From: Hypanus sabinus
Taxonomy: Eukaryota
DNA length: 64,000 bases
Assembly: GCF_030144855.1 (NCBI RefSeq)
Contig: NC_082710.1
Coordinates: forward strand, 164,114,001-164,178,000
Reading direction: 5' to 3'
The position numbers and the translations under genes were made by a program. This document shows, piece by piece, positions 1 through 13,300 of the stretch. Within the stretch, counting starts at the first letter, position 1; each line of letters starts with the position of its first letter. Under the pieces are notes generated by a model. It searched no databases. It had not been told where the DNA came from and saw only the letters and a program-made list of their open reading frames with translations.

Positions 1-242
1 TCTATCAGGTGAGTCACCCAAATTAGCCTTGACTGGAAAATACAACCACAAAAACTATGGCGAGTTCTGTACCCAATCACATCCTGTATAAACACAGGGA
101 TGAAAGAAAAATTGTTGTCTATGAGGGAAGGAAGGATTAGATTTATCTTGGAATAGGTTAAAAAGTCAGCATAACATTGTGGGCCAAATGGCCTGAACTA
201 TGTTGTACTGTTCTATGTTCTATGAAAAATAAAGCTACTTAC

Positions 243-533
243 CAACAAGGCGTAGTTGTATTATTCTCAGCTCTTGTCCATCCACAATGAAGGTGTAATC
301 TCCTTGGTCGCCATGTTCTGCTTCATTCACAGTCAGAGCACCATTAGAAATATCAAAGCGCAGGCGAAACTTGAACTGGTCACTCTGTTCCACTAAGCTG
401 TGACCTGGGACATGATGCAAAATGCTCCTGCCGATGAAGGTCCAAACTATTTCACTCTTGCTGGGATCAACTTTGAGTTCAGGATCCAGTAAAACTGATG
501 AGCCAAGGACAGCAACCTCTTCTTTATCTTTAT
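243..533 (-). CDS. IgV-like exon 2 of a CD2/SLAM/CD48-like receptor (cysteine-free V domain)
   Basis: Acceptor tttacag| at 535-534, donor |GTAAGT at 242-241, 291 nt (97 codons), phase 1/1. It translates KDKEEVAVLGSSVLLDPELKVDPSKSEIVWTF...FKFRLRFDISNGALTV...GDQGDYTFIVDG...IQLRLV. The C-strand Trp and D-x-G-x-Y motif are present and there is no Cys. Confidence 0.88.
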
Positions 534-1319
534 CTGTAAATAAAAATATTTGTACTCATTTAAAATGTGATGGCTGTGAAACACTTAAACAGAGAACTTT
601 GTGAAACTACAGCAAATGAGAACATACTACTGAATAGATATTGTGCCACTCTTTACTGGGGTTACAGGAACTTGTCTTTCAGACAAGAATGTTGTGGAAA
701 TTCTTTCTGGCCCAGCCTCCCACCCCGAGCCCCTCATCAACTTTGGCTGATCCGACACTCTCACACTATACCTGTTCAAGCCAGTCCCCAGTGCTTCTGA
801 TCTACACTGGCTCCAAAACTGACAATTCACTGGCTTCAGATTTCTCCATCTCTCAGAAAGTTGAATTGCCTCACCTTCAGATTTCTCTGGGGTTCATTCA
901 TCCCCTTTTCAGGAACATCCCTCAGTTTCAACACCTTGGCAACACAGGGGACAGGCAGAACCTCAGCACATGGTGGTACCTGGTGCCCATGTATTTAGGT
1001 TCCACACACAGTCTGATGCAGCCACACATGAAGCTGGTCATCAGGGTGAGGGACACATTGGGTAAATTGTTGTGCCCGTTATACAGGGATTTGTGCGTTG
1101 TGATCTGAGCGTCACTCACTCCATCTCAGACCCCCAGGTGAACCTGAAAACAGCTCGGGTGATTCTCAAGCTGGAGGAGCGGGGCATGGGCAACACTTGC
1201 ACCAAGTACAGCAGCCTGAGAGAACCTCACACTTGTTGACCAGGTTCTTCCCAGATATCGATAGGGAGCGCCCTCCCCACAGTCCCAATTTCAGTTTTAT
1301 CCTCTCAGTGCAGTCCAGG

Positions 1320-2000
1320 CAATTATTCAAAGTTCAAAATACAAAGTAAATTTATTATCGAAGTACATATATGTAACCATATACAATAAGATTTATTCTC
1401 TTGCGGGCATTCACAGTAACTACAAGAAACACAAATGACCCACCCCATCCAATGTGCAAAAGACAACAAACTATGCAAATACAAATAATAGTAATAATAA
1501 ATGAACAACAAATATCAAGAACATGAGATGAACAGTCTTTGAAAGCAAGTCCACTGGTTGTGGGAACATTTCAGTGATGGGGCAAGTGAAGTTGAGTGAA
1601 GTTATCCCCTTTGGTTCCAGAGCTTGACGATGGTTGAGAGGTAATAACTGTTCCTGAACCTGGTGGTGTGAGCCCTGAGGCTCCTGTAATTCTTCCTGAT
1701 GGCAGCAGTGCGAAGAGGGCACAACCTGGGTGGTGGGAGTCCCTGATGATGAATGCTACTTTGCTGCTACATTGCTCTGTGTAGATGTGCTCAGTGGTTG
1801 GGAGGGCTTTCCTCGATGATGGACTGGACCATATCCGATACTTTTTGGAGGATTTACCATTCAAAGGCATTGGTGTTTCCAGACCAGGCTGTGACACAAC
1901 CAGTCAATACACCCTCTACCACACACCTATAGAGGTTTGTCAGAGTTTTCGATGTCATGCTGAATCTTTGCAAACTCCACACTTCCAGTCCCACGTAGCC
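1320..2000 (-). mobile_element. Rex/Babar-type LINE 3' fragment plus LINE tail
   Basis: Minus ORF with IIRDSHHPGCALFALLPSGR (typical Rex1 C-terminus) and a ttgaactttgaa-type tail at ~1325. Confidence 0.6.
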
Positions 2001-2440
2001 GAGTACAACTCAGTCAGTGACCCATCACCATCCTTCTGAAGGGGAGCTGAAGGCATGGTGCAGCTTGTCTGTTTTAACTGTTTCCATCAGGAATCTGGAG
2101 GTGCTGTCCAGCCTGTTGTCGGCACTACCGGCTGCATCGATGATGTCACCAACCAGAATGACCAGCTGTGACGTCACCGGCAGTGGTGGGAGCGGCTCGA
2201 GGATGGCCAGCCGCTCGCTCCGCACGGGTGAGGTGTACGTGTTCATTAACCAGAGCAGAGTGTTTCAGTACATTATGTATGCCACAAGGAGCCACCCCCC
2301 AACCACCTCTCTGACTTGGGTGATTGAGAAGTTGTCACCCTGTAACAGAATTCCCAGGCCAGAAGGATGACAATTGTTGCCCCCAACCACATAGACAGAC
2401 CATGGGGCCACCATCACTACCAACTCTGGTAGTTGCAGAG
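2000..2440 (-). mobile_element. Tx1/L1-clade LINE endonuclease fragment
   Basis: Minus ORF NTYTSPVRSERLAIL...VILVGDIIDA...LDSTSRFLMETVK resembles the APE endonuclease of Tx1-type LINEs. Confidence 0.5.
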
Positions 2441-2469
2441 TGTGTTAGCCCACACTCCTGTAAAAAACT

Positions 2470-3010
2470 CACATCAGCCTTAACCTTGGCCAGTTAATGT
2501 AAGGTGTTGACACATCACACTGTTCTCTTTACATTGATCACATTCAAAGATGCTAATATTGCGTCTATGATTAGTTCTTGTATTACATTTCTTGTCCAGG
2601 TCACTCAGCCTCAGCCAACACGGACATCCCTCTCTTTTGAGGCTGTGCCCTCTGGTCCTCGATTTGCCCACGAAAGTAAACATCCTCATCACATCCACTC
2701 CATCTTGGCCTTTCAACTTCCAAAAGGTTTCAATGAGATCGCCCTCATTCTTCTAAATTCCTCTGAGTTCAGGCCCAGAAACTTCAATCACTACTCATAT
2801 GATAACTCTTTCATTCCAGCAATCATCCCTGTGAACCTCCTCTGAACCCTCTCCAATGTCAGCACATCCTTTCTTAAATAAGGGGCCCAAAACTAATCAC
2901 AATACTCCGAGTGAGGCCTCACCAGTAATTTATACAGCATCAGCATTACATCCTTGTGTTTATGTTCCAGTCCCCTTGAAATGAATGTGAACATCTCATT
3001 CACTTTCCTC
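2470..3010 (-). mobile_element. CR1 LINE 3' fragments
   Basis: GKSRTRGHSLK motif and CR1 RT C-terminal similarity. Confidence 0.6.
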
Positions 3011-3284
3011 ACCACCAATTCAACCTACAAATTAACCTTTCAGGAATCCTTGAAGACTCCCAAATCCCTCTGAACTTCAGATTTTAGATTTTTTTCCCCC
3101 GTTTAGAACATAATCTATGTTTTTAATCCTTCTACCAAAGTGCATGGCCATACAATTCCTGACACTGTATTCCATCTGACACCTCTCCAAATCTGTCAAA
3201 GTCCTTCCGCAGCCTCTCTGCCTCCTCAACACGATCGGCCCCTCCACCTTCAACTGACAGTTTAAGGCGACTGAAACTAATCAT

Positions 3285-4220
3285 TGAATCAGAATCAGAA
3301 TCAGGTTTAATATCACCGACAAAGGTCATGAAATTTGTTCTTTTACAGCAGCAGTACATTGTAACACATAATAATAAAAAGCAATAAATTACAATAAGTG
3401 TATATTAAAAAATAAATTAAATAAATAATGCAATAAGAGAGCCAAAAAAAAGTGAGGTAGTGTTGATGGGTTTATTGTCCATTGAGGAATGTAATGGCAG
3501 ATGGGAAGAAACAGTTCCTGAAATGCTGAGTGTGTGTCTTCAGCCTCCTGTACCTCCTCCTTGATGGTGACATTGAGAAGAGGGCACGTCCTGGGTGATG
3601 GGTCTCCTTAATGATGGATACTATCTTTTTGAAGCATCACCTTTTGAAGGTGTCCTTGATACTAGGTTAGTGCCCATGACGGTGCTGGCTGAGTTTCCAA
3701 CTTTCTGCTGCTTTTTCTGATCCTGTGCTCTCCACGTACATTTGTAGAAACTTGCACGAGTCTTTGATGACATACCAAGACTCCGTAAACTCGTAATGAA
3801 ACATAGCCGATGTTGTGCCTTCTTTGTAATTGCATCAATACGTTCGGCCCAGGACAGATCTTCAGTGGTGTTGACGTCGAGGAACTTGAAACTGCTCACC
3901 CTTTTCACAGCTGATCCATTGATGAGGACTGGGGAGTATTCTCTATTGACTTCACCTTCCTGAAGTCCACAATCAATTCCTTGGCCTTACTTACATTGAG
4001 TGTAAGGTTGTCGTTGTCACACCACTCAACCAGCTGATCTACCTCACTCTTGTACGCCTCCTTGTCGCCAACAGTGGGCTAAGCATTCATCCTAGACGTG
4101 TTCCAGTGTTGATTGTCAGGAAGGTGGAGATGTTATTTCTGATCCGCCCTGACTGGTCTCCCAGTGAGGAAGTCAAGAAGGGAGGGACAGACCCCAGGTT
4201 TTGAAGCTTTTTGAACATTC
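3285..4220 (-). mobile_element. Rex/Babar LINE 3' portion
   Basis: RVSSFKFL...TEDLSW...KKAQHRL, and a (tctgat)n tail seen as gaatcagaatcagaatcag at ~3285. Confidence 0.7.
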
Positions 4221-4930
4221 TGATTCGGTCCCAGGGGAAGACAATACATGAATGTTCATGTTGATTGGTGGTCATTGAAATCCTCAGGGTGTGATCAGGG
4301 AAGTCGTTAAGTGGCCATTGTCTGCATTAGTACAATGTCAACGTGTATCTCTGTCACAATGCATCATTCAGGACGGGTCTGTTTTGTCAGAATCTGAATC
4401 AGGTTTATTATCATCGGCATGGGATGTGAAATTTGTTAACTTAGCAGCAGCAGTTCATTGCAATACATAGTTAATATTCTGGCCAGTTCTGTATTCAGAG
4501 AGCCATCCTTTAGCACTTTCACAAAAGAGATGAATTTGGGTGTTTGGAGTTTGTGCTCTGAAGCTTTCAAAAGGATTCTACTAGCTGGGATGTACGACTA
4601 TTGTAAATATGTAATTCTACAAATATTCAAAATGTTAGAGGGCGGTAGGAAATCATAGCTATTGAAATTGTGGTGACTCACTTTTCACTTTATGTTTAAA
4701 AATGTATGTTAGGCTGTGTGTGATGAGAGGAGAATCAGATTCTCTGCAGAAATTCTGCTGTTTTTATATCACCAGTTTCAATGTCTCTCCGATGACTCAG
4801 TTGATGAGACACAGCAGAGGTTATCCTGCTTAGACTTTGATGGAAATAAAAATCACAGATCATAGTTTCTACGGCAGATTCTGCCATTAATAAATCACAC
4901 ACTACATCACAAATATCTGTAACTTCTTAC

Positions 4931-5236
4931 CAATGACAAGCAACTCCATTGTTTTCAACTCTTTCCCATCGACAGTGATGGTGTAATCTCCTTGATCACC
5001 GGCATTTAATCTGCTTATCGTCAGTGCACCACTCGAAGCGTTGAATTGCAAACGGTCCTTGAACTGTTCACTTGGTTCAAATGTGGCATCACCTGGGATG
5101 TGATCCAAAATAACATCATGGCTTTTGTTGCTGGCTTTGAAAGTCCAAAGGATATCATTCTTGCTGGAATCAACGGTGATTTCAGGATCCAGTAAAACTG
5201 ATGAACCAAGGACACCAACCACTTCTTCCCTTTCAG
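4931..5236 (-). CDS. IgV-like exon 1 of the same CD2/SLAM/CD48-like receptor
   Basis: Acceptor ttctaatcag| at 5238-5237, donor |GTAAGA at 4930-4929, 306 nt (102 codons), phase 1/1. It translates EREEVVGVLGSSVLLDPEITVDSSKNDILWTF...FKDRLQFNASSGALTISRLNAGDQGDYTITVDG...MELLVI. No Cys. It splices in frame to 533-243 (VI-D-KDKEE). Confidence 0.88.
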
Positions 5237-5409
5237 CTGATTAGAATAGAAAGAAAATATAATCATTTAAACTGTAGAGCAGGTGAAAGTGAGACAACTA
5301 CAGCACAGGAGTGATATTACATGAACAGATGTTATTGGACATTTTACTGCAGTTTCAGGACCAGGCTGTGTAGGGCGACTTGATCTGTAGCCTTGGTCAC
5401 CTGGACAAT

Positions 5410-5770
5410 ACTAATACTTACGTAAGGATGTTGTTTATTGGTCTCAGCCCAGGGTTTAATACAATCATTCCCATGGTTCTGACTGGAAACATTACAACCT
5501 TGCTTTTATATTCTAGTCCTCTCAAAATGAATGCTAACATCACATTTGCCTTCCTCACTACAGACTCAACCTGCAAATTAAACTTCGGGGAATCTTGCAC
5601 AAGGTCTCTCAAATCCCTGTGTGTCTCAGAAATCTGTATTTTCTCTCCATTTAGAAAATCGTCAACCCTTTCATTTCTTCCACTGAAGTGCATGACCATA
5701 CACTTCCCGACACCACATTCCATCTGCCATTTCTTTCCCCATTTTCCTAACCTACCCAAGAGGGAGGAAG
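5410..5770 (-). mobile_element. CR1 RT fragment
   Basis: WQMECGVGKCMVMHF...DLRDLVQDSPK...KANVMLAFI. Confidence 0.7.
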
Positions 5771-5829
5771 CAGCTCAGAAATTGAGAAAGCTTGTAGTCA
5801 GTGTGAGAGGGAGGATAGGCAGGTGATAG

Positions 5830-8800
5830 AGAAGGGATGCGCTCAGACTGATGGTTTGAGACGTGTCTATTTTAATGCAAGGAGTATCACGAACAAAGCG
5901 GCTGAGTTTAGAGCGTGGATCACTGCTATGATGTTGTGGCCATTACAGAGACTATATGACTCAGGGGCAGGAATGGCTACTTAGAATGCCAGGCTTCAGA
6001 TGTTTCAGAAAGAACAGAGAAGGAGGCTACAGAGGTGTGAGTGTGGCACAGTTGATCAGAGATAGTGTTACAGCTGCAGAAAAGGAGGAAGTCACGGGTG
6101 GAATTTACAATCAGGAAGGGGTCAATAAATCTACTGGGTGTTTTTTTATAAACCACCCAATAGTAACAGGGACATCGAAGAGCTGACAGGGAGCCAGATT
6201 GTGGAATGATCCAGTAATAACAGTTTTGTATGTTAAAAGGCCGCCTGACAGATTAGATATGGCAAAGTGATTTCCCATGGTAGGGGAGTCTCGGACAAGA
6301 GGTCACGACTTCAGAATTGAAAGACGTCTATTTAGAACAGAGATGTTCTAGTCAGATGATGGTAAATTTGTTGAATTTGTTGCCACGAGTGGCTGTGGAG
6401 GCCAAGTCATTGGGTGCATTTAAGGCAGAGACAGATAGGTTCTTAATTAGCCAGGGCATCAAGGGGTATGGGGAGAAGGCAGTGGAGTGGGGATGACTGG
6501 AAGAATTGGATCAGCCGATGAATGAATGGCAGAACAGACTCGATGGGATGAATGGCCTACTTCTGCTCCTATATCTTATGGTCTTATGGTCTAACAGGCT
6601 TGTTGGGATGTTTTAATTTCCCAGATATTGATTGGAATCTCCCTAGAGCAAGGAGTTTGGATGGGGTGGAGTTTTTTTTAGGCGAGTTCAGGAAAATTTC
6701 CTGACACAGTATGTACATCAGCCTACAAGAGGAGAGGCTGTACGTGTTCTGGTATTGGGAAACGAACCTGGTCAGGTGTCAGGTCTCTCAGTGGGAGAGC
6801 ATTTTGGAGATAGTGATCACAAATCTCTCTCCTTTACCATAGTGTTGGACAAGGATAGGAACAGACAAGTTAGGAAAGCGTTTAATTGGAGTAAGGGGAA
6901 ATATGAAGCTGCCAGGCAGAAACTTAGAAGCATAAATTGGGTACAGATGTTCTCAGACAAATATATGGCAGAAATGTGGCAAATGTTCAGGGGATATTTG
7001 TGTGGTGTTCTGCATAGGTACATTCCAATGAGACAGGGAAAGGATAGTAGGGTACAGAAACAATGGGGTACAAAGGCTGTGAAAATCTTGTCAAGAAGAA
7101 AAACTTACGAAAAGTTCAAAAAAGTAGGTAATGATAGAGATCTAGAAATTCATAAGGCTAGCAGGAAGGAGCTTAAGAATGAAATTAGGAGAGCTAGAAG
7201 GGGCCATGAGAAGGCTTTGGTGAGTAGGATTGAGGAAAATACCAAGATATTCTACAGGTATGTGAAGAGCAAGAGGATAAGACGTGAGAGAATAGGACCA
7301 ATCAAGTCTAACAGTGAAAAAGTGTGTATGGAACTGGAGGAGGTAGTGGAGGTAGTGGAGGCAATCTATACCTTGCTTCAGTATTTGCTACGGAAAAGAA
7401 CTTTGGCATTGTAGGGATGACTTACAGTGGATTGAAAAATTTGAGCATATAGATACTAAGAAAGAAAATGTGCTGAGCTTTTGGAAAGCATCAAGTTAGT
7501 TAAGTCACAGGCACCGGACAACTTACATCCCAGGCTACTGTGGGAGGTGGGGGGAGGAGATTGCTGAGCCTCTGGCGATGATCTTTGCATCATCAATGCG
7601 GGCGGGAGAGGTTCCAGAGGATTGGAGGGTTGCAGATGTTGTTCTCTTATTCAAGTAAGGAAGTAGAGATAGTCCAGGAAATTATAGACCAATGGGTCTT
7701 ATCACAGTGGTTGTTAAGTTGATGCAGAAGATCCTGAGAGGCAGGATTTATGAATATTTGGAGAGGCATAATATGATTTGGAATAGTTAGCATTGCTTTG
7801 TAAAAGGCAGGTCGTGCTTTATGAGCCTGATTGAATTTTTTGAGGATGTGACTAAACACATTGATGAAGGTAGAGCAGTAGATGTAGTGTATATGGATTT
7901 CAGCAAGGCATTTGATAAGTTACCCCATGCAAGGCTTATTGAGAAAGTAAGGAGGCAAGGGATGCAAGCAGACCTCACTTTGTGGATCCAAAATTGGCTT
8001 GCACACAAAAGGCAAAGAGTGGTTGTAGATGGGTCATATTTTGCATGGGGGTCAGTGACCAGTGGAGTGCCCCAGGGATCTGTTCTGGGACCCCTTCTCT
8101 TTGTGGTTTATATAAATTACCTGGATGAGGAAGTGGAGGGATGGGTTAGTAAATTTGCTGATGACACGAAGATTGAGGTGTTGTGGATAGTGTGGAGGAC
8201 TGGAGAGGCTACAGTGGTACATCGATAGGATGCAAAACTGGGCTGAGAAGAGGCGGATGGAGTTCAACCCAGTTAAGTGTGAAGTGGTTCTTCTGGTAGG
8301 TCAAATATGATGGCAGAATATAGTATTAATGGTGAGACTCTTGGCAGTGTGGAGGATCAGAGGGATCTTGGGGACTGAGCCCAAAGGACACTCAAAGCTG
8401 CTGCACAGGTTAACTCTGTGGTTAAGAAGGCATATGGTGCACTGGCCTCCATCAACAGTGGGATTGAGTTCAAGAGCCGAGTGGTAATGTTACAGCTACA
8501 TAGGACCCTTGTCAGACCCCACTTGGAGTACTGTGCTCAGTTATGGTCAGCTCACTACAGCAAGGATGTGGAAACTATAGAAAGGGTGCAGAGGAGATTT
8601 ACAAGGATCGTGTGGATATTCACCGAGTCTTTTTCCTGAGGCTGAAATGGCTAACACGAGAGGGCACAGATTTAATGTATTTGGAAGTGGGTACAGAGGA
8701 GATGTCAGCGGTACGTTTTTTGACGCAGAGAGTGGTGAGTGCGTGGAATGTGCTGCCGGTGATGGTGTTGGAGGTGGATACAACAGGGTCTTTTAAGAGA

Positions 8801-8945
8801 CTCCTGTATTTTTCTAAGCCCCATGCACCTATAGAGGGCAATGGGTAACTCTAGGTAATTTATAAAGTAAGGACATGTTAGGTACAGAATTGTGAGCTGA
8901 AGGGCTTGTATGGTGCTGTAGGTTTTCTATGTTTCTATGCTTCTA
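5830..8945 (+). mobile_element. CR1 (HER1-like) LINE, degenerate ORF2 (endonuclease + RT)
   Basis: YFNARSI...VAITET endonuclease start, YMDFSKAFDK, SGVPQGSVLGP, KFADDT, and a 3' tail ttctatgtttctatg at ~8925-8945. Many frameshifts. Confidence 0.9.
6224..6591 (+). mobile_element. 5'-truncated CR1 3' end nested in the older CR1
   Basis: Ends in a (tcttatgg)n tail and is flanked by TAACAG at 6218-6223 and 6592-6597 (candidate TSD). Confidence 0.7.
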
Positions 8946-8979
8946 GGAAGCTGTGAAGGCCAAGTATTTATGTACGGTA

Positions 8980-9830
8980 TACTTGAAGAAGAGTTTGATA
9001 GAGTCTTGATTGATCAAAGTATGAAGGGATATGGGGAGAGGACAGAGATTGGGGCTGAGAGCAAAATTGGATCAGCCATGATGAAATGGCAGAGCAGACT
9101 TGATGGACCAAATTCTGCTCCTATATCTTATGGGAATGACCACAACTGGACACAATACTCCAAATTATGACCACCAATGGTTTATACAATTTGAATATAG
9201 AATCTCAATTCCTGTGCTCAAAATGTACCAAAAGCTTTCTATACAACCATATCTACATGTCATGCCACATTCACGGAATTATGCACCTGCATTCCCAGAT
9301 CTCTTTGTTCTACAAACACTCCTCTGTGCCCGACCCCTCATCTTGCAAGCCCTGGCCTGGATGATCCTGCTAAATGCAACACATCACACTTGTCTACACT
9401 AAACTCCATCTGCCATTTTTGAGCCCATTTTTCCAGCTGCTCCAGATCCTGCTGCAAGCTTTGAAGGTCTTCCTCACTATCACCAGACCCTCAATCTTAG
9501 TGTTATCCACAAATCTGCTCATCCAGAATACGACATTATCATCCAGATCATTGATATGGATGACAAACAACTAATGGACCCAGCAGTGATCCCTGTGACA
9601 CACCATTAGTCACGGCTCTCCGGTCAGACAGGTAACTATCTACTTCCACTCTTTGGCTTCTCTCTTCTCCTGTGAAGCCAATGACCAATCCAAATTACTA
9701 CCTCATTTTGAATACCAAGCAACTGAACCTTCTTGAGCAGCCTCCCATGTGGGACCATTTTAAAGGCATTGCTAAAGTCTATGTAAACAACATCCATGCC
9801 TTGTCTTCAACGTTCCTGGTGCAACAACAG
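8980..9830. mobile_element. Two CR1 fragments (plus-strand 3' end to ~9140, then minus-strand RT to ~9830)
   Basis: CR1 3'UTR ending cctatatcttatg, followed by minus-strand sequence matching the SGVPQGS and DDNVVFWM-type RT region. Confidence 0.65.
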
Positions 9831-10354
9831 CCACGTGACTCAGCGGTGAGAAGCCACCTTTCATAAACAATACACATCTGGGGTCGGCATGATTTTGGGT
9901 TCAAACCAAACAGGAATGTCACGATGTTCTGATTAAAGAAACCTCAATTTGAGCGAATGCTTTGTAAGTTCTGCCTAAACCCAATTATCAATTGGCAAGA
10001 AATAACAGATTATACACCACATAATATTATATAGAAAGTATATTTACCAATTTCAGATTCATCAAATAGTTATTAAAGAAAAGAAAGTTCAAAAGGGCTT
10101 ATTACAGTTAAACCTCTCTAAATATTGGAGCTCATCTTTTCCAAAGCTGGGTATAACCGTTACTCACGGTGCTGAACCCCCGCTCCCCCTGAAAGCACCC
10201 ACCACAGTCCTAACTTCCCTTGAAGGCCACCTTCAGCAAACTGGCTTTCTCTCATGAGTATTGACACTCGTCCTTGGAGATATCCACCTGCACAAAGCAC
10301 CTCTTGCAATGGGGACTCTCATTCCCATGGTATTCTGTGCAGGACACGGGTAAA

Positions 10355-13300
10355 TAAACCATATAAACCATATAACCGTAACAATTACAGCAGGGAATCA
10401 GGCCGTCTCTGCCCTTCTAGTCCATTCTGAACGCTTACTCTCACCTAGTCCCACTGGCCCGCATTCAGACCATAATCCTCCATTCCTTTCCTGTCCATAT
10501 ACCTACTTAATTTTACTTTAAATGACAATACCAAACCTGCCTCTACCACTTCTACTGGAAGCTCGTTCCACACGGCTACCACTCTCTGAGTAAAGAAATT
10601 TCACCTGGTGTTACCTTTAAACTTTTGCCCCCTAACTCTCAACTCATGTCCTCTTATTTGAATCTCCCCTACTCTCAATTGTAAAAGCATATCCACATCA
10701 ACTCTATCTATCCTCCTCATAATTTTAAATACCTCTATCAAGTCCCAACTCAACCTTCTACACTAGAAAGAATAAAAACCTAACTTGTTCAATCTTTCCT
10801 TGTAACTTAGGTGCTGAAACCCAGGTAACATTCTAGTAAATGTTCCCTGTACTCTCTCTATTTTGTTGACATCTTTCCTATAATTCACTGACCAGAACTG
10901 TACACAATACTCCAAATTTGGCCTCACCAATGCCTTGTACAATTTGAACATTACATCCCAACTCCTATACACAATGCTCTGATTTATATAGGCCAGCATA
11001 CCAAAAGCTTTCTTCACCACCCTATCCACATGAGATTCCACCTTCAGGGAACTATGCACCATTATTCCTAGATCACTCTGTTCCACTGCATTCTTCAATG
11101 CCCTACCATTTACCATGTACATCCTATTTCGATTATTCCTACCAAAATGTAGCACCTCACACTTATCAGCATTAAACTCCATCTGCCATCACTCAGCCCA
11201 CTCTTCTAACTGGCCTAAATCTCTCTGCAAACTTTGAAAACCTACTTCATTATCCACAACACCACCTACCTTAGTATCATCTGCATACTTACTAATCCAA
11301 TTTACCACCCCATCATCCAGATCATTAATGTATATGACAAACAACATTGGACCCAATACAGATCCCTGAGGCACACCACTAGTCACCGGCCTCCAACCTG
11401 ACGAACAGTTATCCACCACTATTCTCTGGCATTTCCCATCCAGACACTGTTGAATCAATTTTACTACTTCAATATCAACACCTAACGATTGAACCTTCCT
11501 AACTAACCTTCCACACGGAACCTTGTCAAAGGCCTTACTGAAGTCCACATAGACAACATTCACTGCTTTACCCTCCTCAACTTTCCTCGCAACCTCTTCT
11601 AAAAATTCAGTAAGATTTGTCAAACATGATCTTCCATGCACGTCAATGTTGACTGTTCCTAATCAGACCCTGTCTATCCAGATAATTATATTTTCCATCT
11701 CTAAGAATACTTTCCATTAATTTATCCACCACTGATGTCAAACTGACAGGCCTATAATTGCTAGGTTTACTCTTAGAATCCTTTTTAAACAATGGAACCA
11801 CATGAGCAATATGCCAATCCTCCGGCACCATCCCCATTTCCTATGACATTTGAAATATTTCTGTCAGAGCCCCTGCTATTTCTACACTAACCTCCCTCAA
11901 GGTCCTAGGGAATATCCTGTCAGGACCTGGAGATTTATCTACTTTTATATTCCTTAAAAGCACCAGTACTTCCTCCTCTTTAATCGTCATAATTCCCATA
12001 ACTTCCCTACTTGTTTCCCTTACCTTACACAATTCAATATCCATCTCTTAGTGAATACCGAAGAAAAGAAATTGTTCAAAATCTCCGTCATCTCTTTTGG
12101 CTCCACACATAGCTGTCCACTCTTGATTCTCTAAGGGACCAATTTTATCCCTCACTATACTTTTGCTATTAATATAACTGTAGAAACCCTTTAGATTTAT
12201 TTTCACCTTACTTGCCAAAGCAACCTCGTATCTTCTTTTAGCTTTTCTAATTTCTTTCTTAAGATTCTTCTTACATTCTTTACATTCTTTATATTGTTCC
12301 CTTCTATTCCTTGTACTGCTCAAGTATCTCATTTGTTTTACCCTGCCTATACTGTTATGCATCTCCTTCTACCTAACCAGGGCATCAATATCTCTCAAAA
12401 ATCAAGATTACCAAAATCTATTATCCTTGTTTTAAATTCTGACGAGAATATACAAATCCTGTATTCTCAAAATTTCGCTTTTGAAGGCCTCCCACTTCCC
12501 AAGTATACCTTTCCCAATCCACATTTGCCATATCCTTTCTGATACCATCAAATTTAGTCTTTCTGCAATTTAGCATCTTAACCTGACCACATCAATCCAT
12601 TTCCATAATTACCATAAAACGACCACATCAATCCATTTCCATAATTACCATAAAGTGACCACATCAATCCATTTCCATAATTACCATAAAACTAATGGCT
12701 TTATGATCACATACTTTTGTCTCCTGCCCTGTCTCATTTCCTAATAGGCGATGTAGTATCACATTCTCTCTCATTGAGATTTCCATGCAATGATTAAGGA
12801 AACTTCACTAAACACATTTGACAAACTCTTTCCCATCCACCTCTTTTACAGCATGGGAGCCCTTGTCAATATGTGGTAAGATAAAATCGACTATTATCAC
12901 AAACTTGAGTTCTTTTTGTTACAGTCTGCAACCTCTGCAAATTTGTTCCTCCAAATCCCGTGGACTGCTGATGGTTGATGATATTATCCCATTAACTTGG
13001 CCACACCTTTCTCATTCCTCAGTTCTACCCAAAAAGCCTCACGAGGTGAGCTCTCCCATCTGTCCTGACTGAGCACGGCCATGACATTTTCCTTACTGGT
13101 AATGCCACCCCTCCTGCTCCATCATGTCTAAAGCAACAGAACACAGAACATTGAGCTGCCAGTCCTCCCTCCGGCAAACAAATCTCAGTAATGGGTGCAA
13201 ATTCATATTCCACAGGCTGATCCATGCCCTAAGCTCACCCACCTCTCCTACAATACTCCTTACATTGAAATATACACAGCGCAGGACATTTGCCCCACTA

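Noticed and set aside
5021-5266. 81-aa alternative-frame ORF overlapping V1
   Set aside because: It is a shifted frame of the Ig exon with no independent evidence. It matters only as the frame an L3 splice would enter.
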